Below the pieces are notes generated by a model. That model worked only from the letters and a program-made list of their open reading frames with translations. It ran no database searches and was not told the origin of the DNA. The position numbers and the translations under genes are program-made. From an uncultured bacterium (lineage in GTDB: Bacteria > Bacteroidota > Rhodothermia > Rhodothermales > DASSAV01), in the NCBI GenBank assembly GCA_965365445.1, contig CBDUBS010000005.1, forward strand, positions 1 through 52,814: a stretch of 52,814 bases of DNA, in the 5' to 3' direction. This document shows positions 40,747 to 49,840 of this stretch, piece by piece (position 1 is the first letter of the stretch; each line of letters begins with the position of its first letter).

Positions 40747-42141
40747 ATGAAACGCAGGTTACTTCTCCTTCTGGCCGTGTTTTCTCTGACCGGTGTCCGC
40801 GCCGTGCTGGCTCAGGATGCCGCCGAGGCGGTCGTCTCCGGAGCCGACACCTCCTGGCTCCTCATTTCTACGGCCCTCGTGCTACTCATGACGCCCGCGC
40901 TGGCCTTTTTCTACGGCGGCCTCGTCCGTTCGAAAAACGCCCTCAACACCATGATGATGAGCTTCTCCTCGCTCGGTATCGTGGGGCTGCTCTGGGCGAT
41001 CGTAGGATACTCCCTGGCCTTCTCCGACGGCACGTCGTGGATCGGCGGCCTCTCGATGGCCTTCCTGAACGGCGTCGGCCTGGAAGCCAAAGGCAGCATT
41101 CCACATCTGCTTTTCATGGCCTTCCAGGGGACGTTTGCCATCATTACGGCTGCCCTCATCTCCGGTGCGATCGTCGAGCGCATGCGTTTTGGAGCGTACC
41201 TTACCTTCATTGCGGTCTGGGGCGTGCTCGTCTACGCTCCGGTGGCTCACTGGGTGTGGGGAGGCGGCTGGCTCGGCAGTATGGGCGCCCTCGACTTCGC
41301 CGGCGGCGCCGTGGTCCACGTCAACGCAGGTGCAGCGGCCCTCGTCGCAGCCTACGTGCTCGGCAACCGGAAGGACTATGGCCGCGTGGCCATCCTGCCG
41401 CACCACGTCCCGTTCGTGCTGCTCGGCTCGGGACTTCTCTGGTTCGGCTGGTTCGGCTTCAACGGCGGCAGCGCGCTGGCTTCCAATGAACTCGCCTCGC
41501 TCGCCTTCGTCAACACGATGTTCGCCCCTACGGCTACGCTCTGCGTATGGACCCTGCTGGACTACGCTCGCACCCGCAAGATCACGGCGGTAGGCGTAGC
41601 CACGGGCATCGTAGTCGGCCTGGTAGCCATTACCCCGGCGGCGGGATTCGTTTCCCCGATGTCGGCCATCCTGCTGGGCGCCATTGCGGCCTTCCCGAGC
41701 TACTACGCCATTCAGTGGCGGGCTCGCACCCGCATGGACGACTCGCTGGATGTGTTCGCTGCACACGGCGTCGGCGGTATCACGGGCGCCATCCTGACCG
41801 GTGTTTTCGCCCAGGCGTCCTGGAACGGCGTGGCCGACGGCCTGCTCTTCGGCAACCCGAATCAGGTAGCCATTCAGGCGCTTTCCATCCTGGCTGTGTT
41901 CGCCTACAGCGGCATCGTAACGTACGGCATCCTCAAAATCCTGGCCCTCGTCTTTGCGGTGCGCGCCGATAAGAAGGCGGAAGGGCTCGGGCTCGACATT
42001 GTCGATCACGGGGAAGAGGCCTACACCTCGGGCGAGGGCGCCGTCTTGCTGCTCGACGGCGAATACCAGCAGGCCGTCACGCCGGTCAAAATACCGACCG
42101 CCACCCCCACGAACAAAAAGCTGGCTCCGACGGCAGCCTGA
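40747..42141 (+). CDS. amt: Ammonium transporter (Amt/AmtB family)
   Basis: Signal peptide, then DTSWLLISTALVLLMTPALAFFYGGLVRSKN and 11 hydrophobic helices. VDHGEEAYT is atypical, but overall this is an Amt-family protein. Antisense ORF 40882-42156 is rejected. Confidence 0.92.
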   Translation: MKRRLLLLLAVFSLTGVRAVLAQDAAEAVVSGADTSWLLISTALVLLMTPALAFFYGGLVRSKNALNTMMMSFSSLGIVGLLWAIVGYSLAFSDGTSWIGGLSMAFLNGVGLEAKGSIPHLLFMAFQGTFAIITAALISGAIVERMRFGAYLTFIAVWGVLVYAPVAHWVWGGGWLGSMGALDFAGGAVVHVNAGAAALVAAYVLGNRKDYGRVAILPHHVPFVLLGSGLLWFGWFGFNGGSALASNELASLAFVNTMFAPTATLCVWTLLDYARTRKITAVGVATGIVVGLVAITPAAGFVSPMSAILLGAIAAFPSYYAIQWRARTRMDDSLDVFAAHGVGGITGAILTGVFAQASWNGVADGLLFGNPNQVAIQALSILAVFAYSGIVTYGILKILALVFAVRADKKAEGLGLDIVDHGEEAYTSGEGAVLLLDGEYQQAVTPVKIPTATPTNKKLAPTAA

Positions 42142-42177
42142 TCCAACCACGCCCATTCACCGGATATCTATCCTGCT

Positions 42178-42531
42178 ATGAAACTCATAAAAGCCATCAT
42201 CCGCCCGGACCAGCTGAACGACGTGCTGAAGGCCCTTTTCCTGGCCGAAGTCCGCGGCCTTACCGTAACCCGCGTTCAGGGGCACGGCGGCGAAATCGAA
42301 GCCGTCGAAAACTACCGGGGCACCACCGTTAAAATGGAGCTTCAGGAAAAGGTCATGCTCGATATCGGCGTTTCCGAGCCGTTCGTCGAAGCAACCGTAC
42401 ATGCCATACTTCGCGCGGCGCATACCGGCGACGTCGGCGACGGCAAGATTTTCGTCATGCCTGTCGAGAAAGTGTACCGCATACGAACGGGAGAGGAGGA
42501 CGTTGCGGCCGTAACCCCGGTGCTCGCCTGA
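42178..42531 (+). CDS. glnK: Nitrogen regulatory protein P-II (GlnK/GlnB family)
   Basis: MKLIKAIIRPDQLNDVLKAL, a T-loop region RGTTVKME and DGKIFVMPVEKVYRIRTGE. 117 aa, immediately downstream of amt. Confidence 0.92.
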   Translation: MKLIKAIIRPDQLNDVLKALFLAEVRGLTVTRVQGHGGEIEAVENYRGTTVKMELQEKVMLDIGVSEPFVEATVHAILRAAHTGDVGDGKIFVMPVEKVYRIRTGEEDVAAVTPVLA

Positions 42532-42543
42532 CCCCGGTAGCCA

Positions 42544-42586
42544 TCCAAACCGGCAAAGCCGCTTCCGTGCAAACGGGGCGGCTTTG
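42544..42586 (+). terminator. Rho-independent terminator after glnK
   Basis: CAAAGCCGC-ttccgtgcaaacgggg-GCGGCTTTG followed by CTTTTTTCC. Confidence 0.7.
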
Positions 42587-42673
42587 CTTTTTTCCGGGCG
42601 AGCCGCCCGTTGATCCGGAATGTAACACAACCTAATATGGTGCGTACAACCCCAACGGCTTTCCCTGGGACCA

Positions 42674-43231
42674 ATGGATACGCTCTACCTGATCAGCCTG
42701 ATCGTCGGCGGCTTTTTCGTCCTCCTCTCACTGTTTGGAGGCCACGACTCGGATATGGATTCCGGACTGGACGCCGACCACGATGCCTCGCTCGATGTGC
42801 ACGACGGTGGAGCCGGAGCCGGGCTGGTCGATCTCCTCTCCATCCGGGCGCTTTTTCTCTTTGCTGCCTTTTTCGGTCTGACCGGCATCCTGCTCGACTG
42901 GACCGACGCCGGTGAGCCGTTTACATTCATCGTGGCATTGCTCGTGGGCCTCATTATCGGCCTTGGAGGCAACTACCTCATCCGGCGAATCGGCTATACA
43001 CCCGTCTCCAGCGGCGTCGACAATCTGGAACTCAGGGGTCGTACCGCCCGGGTGCTCATTCCTTTCGATAGCAAGGATAAAGGCAAGATCAGCCTCGAAG
43101 CCAAAGGCCAGCGGTTGCAACTCGTCGCCCGCGCTTACGGCGACGAAGCAGGGGAATCGTTCAAGCCCGGCGACGAAGTAGTCGTCGTGCGGATGCACGG
43201 CTCGGTGGCGGAAGTGCTCAAACCGAACTGA
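42674..43231 (+). CDS. NfeD-family membrane protein (partner of SPFH/flotillin)
   Basis: Two N-terminal TM segments separated by an acidic loop, and a C-terminal OB-fold region (GRTARVLIPF...GKISLEAKGQRLQLVARAY...EVVVVRMHGSVAEV) typical of NfeD short forms. Confidence 0.75.
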   Translation: MDTLYLISLIVGGFFVLLSLFGGHDSDMDSGLDADHDASLDVHDGGAGAGLVDLLSIRALFLFAAFFGLTGILLDWTDAGEPFTFIVALLVGLIIGLGGNYLIRRIGYTPVSSGVDNLELRGRTARVLIPFDSKDKGKISLEAKGQRLQLVARAYGDEAGESFKPGDEVVVVRMHGSVAEVLKPN

Positions 43232-43278
43232 AGACCGGAGCCTATTCCGGCGATTAACTCAATAAACGGGTTTATTTC

Positions 43279-44544
43279 ATGGAAACCGTCTTGCTCGTCG
43301 CAGCCGTCCTGATCATGGGGTTTCTCACGGTGCTCGGCATCATCCGCGCCAACCTCAAAATCTGCCAGCCCAACGAAGTGCTGATCTTCAGCGGCCGGCA
43401 GCGGCAGCTTACCGACGGCTCGCGGGTGGGCTACCGGGTCATTCAGGGTGGTCGGGGGTTTCGCATCCCCATCATCGAGAAGGTGGATCGGCTCAACCTG
43501 ACAACCATCCCGCTCGACCTCACGGTGACCAACGCCTATTCAAAAGGTGGCATCCCCCTGACCGTTCGGGCCATTGCAAACGTCAAGATTTCTTCCAAAG
43601 AGTCCGAGTTGAACAATGCCGTCGAACGACTTCTCGGCAAAGGCCGGGATGAAATACAGGGCATTGCCAAGGAAACCCTGGAAGGCAACCTGCGCGGTGT
43701 GCTTGCGCTGCTCACGCCGGAAGAAGTAAACGAGGACCGCCTGAAGTTCGCGAAGGAGCTGCTGGACGAAGCCGACAACGACCTCAGCGCCCTGGGCCTT
43801 CAGTTGGACACCCTCAAAATACAGAGCGTGGAGGACGAGCGTGGGTATCTGAACGCAATTGGCAGGCAACGCACCGCCCAGATTTTATCCACGGCGGAAG
43901 TGGTTGAAGCGGAAAAACGCGAACAAGCCCGCGTAGCTCAGGCGCACGCCGACCGCAACATTGCCGAAGCCGAAACCGAGGTTCGCATTGTCAAGGCTAC
44001 GCTCAACGCAAGGGCCGCCGCGGAGGAAGCAAAAATTGGCGTGGCCGCCCAGATCGCGCAGGCAACGGCCGAGCAGGAACTGGCCCAGCAGGAAATTTTA
44101 CTTGCTGAGAAACGACAACGCGCCGAGGTTATCGTTTCCGCGGAGGCCGAGCGCCAGGCCAAGGAGGAAATTGCCAAGGGCAATGCCGCCCGCATCCTGG
44201 AGGATGGCTACGCCGAGGTGGAAGTGCTCAAGCGCAAGCTCGACCTCTGGCAAAACGCCGGCGCCGACGCCGAACGGCTTTTCCTCATCCAGATGCTTCC
44301 GGAAATCATGCAACAGGTCGTCGGCGCCGTCGATAACCTCAAGATAGATCGCCTCACGGTGGTGGACAGCGGACAGGGCGGGGGCGTGCCCGCCGTATTC
44401 AACCAGATCGCAGGCGCCGCCCCGGCTTTACTGGAGAGCATTCGTACCACCACCGGCATCGACGTGGCGGGTTTGCTGAACCGCGCCTCGCAGCCAACCG
44501 ATGATCTGCCCATAGCGCCTCAGAACGGCAATACGGCCAAATAA
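43279..44544 (+). CDS. Flotillin-like SPFH (band 7) domain protein
   Basis: N-terminal TM helix, an SPFH core (PNEVLIFSGRQR...IPLDLTVTNAYSKGGIPLTVRAIANVKI) and a long Ala/Glu-rich coiled-coil C-terminus. 421 aa, immediately downstream of NfeD. Confidence 0.85.
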   Translation: METVLLVAAVLIMGFLTVLGIIRANLKICQPNEVLIFSGRQRQLTDGSRVGYRVIQGGRGFRIPIIEKVDRLNLTTIPLDLTVTNAYSKGGIPLTVRAIANVKISSKESELNNAVERLLGKGRDEIQGIAKETLEGNLRGVLALLTPEEVNEDRLKFAKELLDEADNDLSALGLQLDTLKIQSVEDERGYLNAIGRQRTAQILSTAEVVEAEKREQARVAQAHADRNIAEAETEVRIVKATLNARAAAEEAKIGVAAQIAQATAEQELAQQEILLAEKRQRAEVIVSAEAERQAKEEIAKGNAARILEDGYAEVEVLKRKLDLWQNAGADAERLFLIQMLPEIMQQVVGAVDNLKIDRLTVVDSGQGGGVPAVFNQIAGAAPALLESIRTTTGIDVAGLLNRASQPTDDLPIAPQNGNTAK

Positions 44545-44585
44545 TACGGTTCACCCTGCTATCGCGGTTTTTCGCTTCGGGGCGC

Positions 44586-47500
44586 TCACCGGAATGTGTA
44601 GCGCCCCGTCAGGTTGAGTCGCACGGCGGAAGTGGACGTGCCGCTGAGCACTTGGAGCAGCAGCCATTCGAACACTTCGTACTCCGTCGTTACTTCGGTC
44701 TTTTTCGTTCCGGCCGCCGCTTCGCTCGTGCTCGTCAGGCTGATGGGTTGATTGATGCCCAGGTACAGCTTTGGCGTGACGTATTTGCCGGCCACCAGCT
44801 GGGTGCCCCTCAATCCGTCCTGTTCGATCTCGATTACGTCGAGCCCCAGTTCGTCTCCGGCTACTCCTTCCAGGTACCCTGCCAGCTGATTCGCCGCCAG
44901 GTTGCCCCCGGTCGTGAGCAGTCCGCCTCCTCCTCCTTCGCCTCCGCCGCCCAGTTGGAACGCTTCGCTGGCCGGGCTGCCGGTAGCGATGTACGATACG
45001 ATGTTCGTGTTGCTCATCGGCGGGTCCGAGCCCAGTTCGAATTTCAGATCATCCATTCTGCCTGAAAGTGAAAGAGTGATCGTAGCCTCCGGCTGGCCGG
45101 GGTTCTGCCTGGAGGGTACGTAAAAACTGGCTCCGATATCCATCATCATCTCCGTAATCGGGCCGTTGAACGTAACCGTTCCCCTGGTAATGTTGAACTC
45201 CCGCCCGAACTGCCGGATGAAGCTCCGCTGCGGGATCACCTCGATGCTCCGGAACAGCTGAATCTCCTCGTTCGGTTGTTTGTTCAGCTCGATCGTTCCG
45301 GTAAACTGAATCGCCATCTCCGGGTTGGAGGTTTGCCGTATCCAGGAGTCGCGTTCTAGCTCCACACCCAGGTCGAGGGTCAGCGCGTTGTATATATCCG
45401 AAACGGTGGTATCCTGCCGGCTCACCCGGTATCCGAAGAACTCCTCGAGCATACGGACGTCCTCCGCAGTAAGCTGCACCTGCCGGATGTCTCCTCCGGC
45501 CATGTTGTTCAGGTACACGTTCGCGCTGAGCACCCGCAGGCCGCCGGCGACCACGGGCGCGGCTGTGGTTCCGCTCACGTCGAGGTTGCCTGAGATCGTC
45601 GCCTGGTAGTCCTCCGAGCGGATCGCCCGGAACTCATCCAGCGCCACATCCAGTTGGAACGCGCCGAGGGTTAGCTCCGGCACCTCGATTTGCCCGTCGA
45701 TTACCAGCGTGCCGCCGCCCGAGCGCAGCGAGGCGCGTTCCACGACGATTGCTCCCGGATCCATTCGGGCATCCACCGTAATGTCCTCGTACACTACGCC
45801 CAGTTGAGGAAGCCCGACCCTCCCTTCCCGGAAGCCCGCCTCTCCGGCGAGGTTCGGGTTATCCATGCTGCCCGTAATGTGTATGTCGGCGTCCAGATAG
45901 CCCGTGATTTCGCTGACCGACTCGGGGGGCAGGAAAGGCCTCACCCAGTCGATGTTGAATTGCTCGGCCACGATCCGGAGGTCGGCTCCGCCGGACGCCG
46001 CTTCCGCACTGACTCCACCGCCTGTTCCCGTCTGGGTGTCGGCGGGGGCCAGCGAGAGGTCCATGGGCAGGTATCCTTTCACGGTTAACGAGTCGCCCGT
46101 CTGATGGGTGAACGCGGCATCCAGATTCAGCCGCCGGGCATCGTACTGCACCACCGCCCGAAGGTCGCCGGCATCCCTGTCGCCGTACAGCACGTCGAGG
46201 CCCAGTACGCCGTTCAGATCGGGGTCGGGGGCCGGACCCGTAAGTTCCAGGCGCGTCGTCAGGGTTCCGTCCAAGCCGGGGTACCCCAGCAAGTCCGTAA
46301 TGCCTCCGATGCGCAGGTTCTCGATTGTCGTTCGGAAATCTTGCTCTCCGTTCGGATCGATTACGCCGTGGGCCGCTATCGACTGGTCGCCCGAGTAAAG
46401 CACCAGGCTATCCACCCGGTAAGCGTCACCGTAGGTTATGACGGTGGGTTCGCGCAGCGCCCACTTCTGGTCGTCGATTCGCAACCCGAGCGTATCCAGC
46501 AGCAGTCGCCGGCCCTCCGGTTGAAAATCCATTCGCGCGTTCACCCGAAGGTCGCGGCGCTCGTCGATGTTGGATCGGGCGGTGAAGGCCACTTCGCTGG
46601 TGTCGTAGGCGGCGGTAACGGCCGTCTGCCGGACGGTCATCGTAGAGGTGGCGAGGTAGTTGAGCTCGACGCGCCCGCCTCCCGACAGGACGCTAAAAGA
46701 GGAATCGAGCACCCCTTCGGCCCGGAGCGTCAGACCGGCCAGCCGGATGTCGTTGTAGATGAGGCTGTTCAGGGCGCCGTCGGCCTCCACCGTAAGGTGG
46801 GTAGAAGGGCCGCTCACCTTACCTTCCAGACGTCCCTCCCGCAACGAAAACACCTCAGCGGCGATCATGGGCCGAATCGGCTCCAGACTGACCACCTCGG
46901 CCGCAAACCGCAAATCGGATGCCTGCGTCCCCGTCGTGTCGAACAGGGCGATGCGGCCTCCTGCATGGGCCGTTGCCAGATTCGAGCGAAGCAGCAAACT
47001 ATCGAGGGAGAGCACCCCTTCGGCCAGGCGGAACCGGGTCCCCAGCGTATCGAGTTTCAGGCTCTGGTACTGTGTTTCGGCGGCATGGACCGTCCCTGCC
47101 AACTGCATGGTCCGGGGTTTTGTCCCCATGCCCGCCACATCGAAACCCAGCGACACCCGCGCATCCAGCGTGTCGGCTCCCGTAAGCCCGCCCACGTCGA
47201 TCCTGCTCAGCACGCCCCGGGCCGAGTAGGTGGGTTCTGCCGGTCGGAGATCCGCCTGCGCGTTCACCCGGGCCGCTCCGTCCTCCATCTCGAGCAGGGT
47301 GGTCAGATCGATCCGGCCCTGATCCGCCGTTGCCTGAACGCTTCCGTCCTGTAACACCACGTCGTTGATGGTCGATCGGTCGAAGCCGAGCCGGGCGTCG
47401 AGATGCATGGTTTTCGGTTCGATGCCCCGCCCGTCGAGCGCCAGCGTGCCGTTCAGGGACGTTTGCAAATCGGGATTGCCGGCCAGCGCTCCTACGTTCA

Positions 47501-49805
47501 GCCCCTCGAACGTCCCGCGCCGAATCGTGTAGGACGGCGCCGCGTCGAACGGTCGGGCCTGCCCGGCCAGCGTTATCCCTCCTTCCGGCAGAGTCAGCCG
47601 CCCGTCAAACTGCACGGCGCCGCGCCGAAGGCCAATCGTCATGCCGAGCCGTTCGATTTCCTGATCGTTTACCCGCGACGGCTGCAAATCCAGCCGTGCG
47701 TTGAGTGTCATGGCGGCCGGATCCGTGCCGCGCCCCCGCAGGGCCAATGTACCGTTCAGGTCGGAATGCTGGTCCGGATTCTGTGTGAACGCCCCCACGT
47801 CGATGTGGCGGAACTGAATCCGTGGCGCGTCAAAGGCGAGGACTTCCGCGAATGGCCGCACCGTAGCGCTGGCGTTTACCTGCCCGGCATCGCCCAGGTC
47901 GGCTGCGGCCGTCAGGCGCATCACTTCCGAGCGCAGGTTTGCCCGCAACCCAACCGACTCCAGGGTGTAGGTTCCGTAATACGAATCCCGCACATCCGCG
48001 CTCGCCCGCAGCACCATTGCCTGCGGATCGGTCCCGGCGCCGGTGAGTGTAAACCGGGCGTTGATCCGGCTGCGGGTCGTATCTCCGGTCAACGCCGCCA
48101 CGTCGAGGTTCCGTATTTCTCCCCGGTTGATCCGGTAGGTCAGTTGGTCCCCGAACGTGGCATTCCCGTCGGCCGCTATTGATCCTTCGGGCAGGGTCAT
48201 CCGCGTATCGAAGGTAAGGCGGCTATTCTGCAATCGGGCCCACAGCCTCCCGCTTCGTATCTCGTAGGCGTTGATCCGCGATGGAGCGAGCGTAACCTGC
48301 CCGCGCAGATCCGCGGTCTGTGCATCGATTCCCCGTCCCTCTACCGCGAACCGGGCCGAAATCCGGCTCTGTTGCCCTCCTTCGGTGAAGCGGCCGATGT
48401 TCAGGTTGCGCACCGATCCTTCCAGATCATACGTCGGGGTTTCATCAAACGGGCGTACCGTTCCGTTTACGGCGAGCGAAAGTCCGCGAAGGCCGGTTCG
48501 TAGATCAATCCGCCCCAGCCCGTTCGTGAAGGTGCTTTCCAGGGTCGTACGGTCCAGCCGGTACTCCCCGAACCGGCTGTCGAACACGACGAGGCCGGCG
48601 GAGCCGTTTACCTCCTCGGCTGCATCGCCGGCGAGGTTGACGTTCACGTCCGCGTTGATCGACCCGGCCTGCGCCGGATCGCCCGTAAGGAAACGCGGGT
48701 CCAGCCCCCGTATTTCGCCGGTTACCCGGTACGATGCCGGTTGTTGCCCCGGCGGCGTAATGGCCGCCGTCAGATCCACGCGCGACCCATCCGAAAAGGC
48801 GGCATCCGCCCGGGCGTCGATGCGGTTTTCCGCTCCCTTGACCCGTAACTCCATGTCCACGGAGCCTTCGGCGGGCAGGGCCGGTACGAACGCGCGAATG
48901 TCTTTGAAGGCCAGCGGTTTCGCCTCCAGCACAAAATCCAGGTCGCGCCCCTGCCGGTTGCTGTCCGAGGGCATGGCTAGCAGCCCCCGCCCGACCACGT
49001 TCGAGTTGGGTGATTGCAGCCGAAGCCCGTCCAGTGTGAACTGGCCGTTATCCAGGGCCCCTCCGATCGCCAGGTTGATTGGTCCGTCCCCCTCTCCGGG
49101 CGGCTCGATCACTGTGAACAACGTATCCAGGCGCAGGGTCAGGTTCTCCCCGAACACCATGTCTCCGAGCTCGATGCCCAGGTTGCGGGCCGCCAGCACC
49201 GAATCCTTGCCCGGCGCGTAGAAATGCGCCTGCACGCTTCCGTTACGGAGATCAAAGTAGTCGAGCTCGATTACGAGGGCCGTCTGGGCCGATTTAGCCG
49301 TATCTACGGAAGCCGAATCCTGCGCGATGACGGTAAACAGATCCCAGGTGCTGTCGGCTCGCTGTTCCATCCGCACATGCGGGCTGGCGAGGTAGATATC
49401 CGTCAGGTGCAGCCGGTTTTTCAGCAACGGAAGCAGCCGGTACGCCGCATTCAGCGTATCGACGTGTGCCATACGCTCCCCATCATCCCGCACGAGGTTG
49501 ACGTCGGTAAGCACGAGCCTCCCGATGAAGTTGCCGTCCAGCTTCCCGACCTGGAGTTCAGCCCCATCGAACAGGGCGTTCAACCGGCCCACCACCAGGT
49601 TTTTCGCCCGCTCCGCTCCCCAGTTCGTTTGCAACACGAGCAGCAGAATCAAGACAAGAGCTACGACCAGCCCCAGCACCCCGCCGATCACCCAGAGTAC
49701 GACTTTGAGCGCCCGCCGCCACAGGGGCGACCGGCTTTCTTCCCGCTCATCCGCTCCGGTTTCCCCGGCGTTCGGCGCCACTTCGGAAGTAATCTTTTCA
49801 TCCAT
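44586..49805 (-). CDS. tamB: Translocation and assembly module subunit TamB (AsmA-like, DUF490 C-terminus)
   Basis: 1739 aa with an N-terminal signal-anchor helix (VVLWVIGGVLGLVVALVLILLLVL), a very long repetitive beta-rich body and a C-terminal DUF490-like region ending GRYTFR. Directly downstream of an Omp85-family gene. Long antisense ORFs inside it are rejected. Confidence 0.88.
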   Translation of the reverse strand: MDEKITSEVAPNAGETGADEREESRSPLWRRALKVVLWVIGGVLGLVVALVLILLLVLQTNWGAERAKNLVVGRLNALFDGAELQVGKLDGNFIGRLVLTDVNLVRDDGERMAHVDTLNAAYRLLPLLKNRLHLTDIYLASPHVRMEQRADSTWDLFTVIAQDSASVDTAKSAQTALVIELDYFDLRNGSVQAHFYAPGKDSVLAARNLGIELGDMVFGENLTLRLDTLFTVIEPPGEGDGPINLAIGGALDNGQFTLDGLRLQSPNSNVVGRGLLAMPSDSNRQGRDLDFVLEAKPLAFKDIRAFVPALPAEGSVDMELRVKGAENRIDARADAAFSDGSRVDLTAAITPPGQQPASYRVTGEIRGLDPRFLTGDPAQAGSINADVNVNLAGDAAEEVNGSAGLVVFDSRFGEYRLDRTTLESTFTNGLGRIDLRTGLRGLSLAVNGTVRPFDETPTYDLEGSVRNLNIGRFTEGGQQSRISARFAVEGRGIDAQTADLRGQVTLAPSRINAYEIRSGRLWARLQNSRLTFDTRMTLPEGSIAADGNATFGDQLTYRINRGEIRNLDVAALTGDTTRSRINARFTLTGAGTDPQAMVLRASADVRDSYYGTYTLESVGLRANLRSEVMRLTAAADLGDAGQVNASATVRPFAEVLAFDAPRIQFRHIDVGAFTQNPDQHSDLNGTLALRGRGTDPAAMTLNARLDLQPSRVNDQEIERLGMTIGLRRGAVQFDGRLTLPEGGITLAGQARPFDAAPSYTIRRGTFEGLNVGALAGNPDLQTSLNGTLALDGRGIEPKTMHLDARLGFDRSTINDVVLQDGSVQATADQGRIDLTTLLEMEDGAARVNAQADLRPAEPTYSARGVLSRIDVGGLTGADTLDARVSLGFDVAGMGTKPRTMQLAGTVHAAETQYQSLKLDTLGTRFRLAEGVLSLDSLLLRSNLATAHAGGRIALFDTTGTQASDLRFAAEVVSLEPIRPMIAAEVFSLREGRLEGKVSGPSTHLTVEADGALNSLIYNDIRLAGLTLRAEGVLDSSFSVLSGGGRVELNYLATSTMTVRQTAVTAAYDTSEVAFTARSNIDERRDLRVNARMDFQPEGRRLLLDTLGLRIDDQKWALREPTVITYGDAYRVDSLVLYSGDQSIAAHGVIDPNGEQDFRTTIENLRIGGITDLLGYPGLDGTLTTRLELTGPAPDPDLNGVLGLDVLYGDRDAGDLRAVVQYDARRLNLDAAFTHQTGDSLTVKGYLPMDLSLAPADTQTGTGGGVSAEAASGGADLRIVAEQFNIDWVRPFLPPESVSEITGYLDADIHITGSMDNPNLAGEAGFREGRVGLPQLGVVYEDITVDARMDPGAIVVERASLRSGGGTLVIDGQIEVPELTLGAFQLDVALDEFRAIRSEDYQATISGNLDVSGTTAAPVVAGGLRVLSANVYLNNMAGGDIRQVQLTAEDVRMLEEFFGYRVSRQDTTVSDIYNALTLDLGVELERDSWIRQTSNPEMAIQFTGTIELNKQPNEEIQLFRSIEVIPQRSFIRQFGREFNITRGTVTFNGPITEMMMDIGASFYVPSRQNPGQPEATITLSLSGRMDDLKFELGSDPPMSNTNIVSYIATGSPASEAFQLGGGGEGGGGGLLTTGGNLAANQLAGYLEGVAGDELGLDVIEIEQDGLRGTQLVAGKYVTPKLYLGINQPISLTSTSEAAAGTKKTEVTTEYEVFEWLLLQVLSGTSTSAVRLNLTGRYTFR

Positions 49806-49840
49806 AAATCTTCACGCTCGCATACAACCAGCCAATCCGC

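Noticed and set aside
40882-42156. 424-aa minus ORF
   Set aside because: Antisense to amt. The Amt-family motifs are unambiguous on the plus strand.
46104-48182. Several 250-416-aa plus-strand ORFs within 44586-49805
   Set aside because: Antisense to tamB. All are Arg/Gly/Pro-rich with no motifs, whereas the minus frame is continuous over 1739 codons with a signal anchor and a DUF490-like C-terminus.
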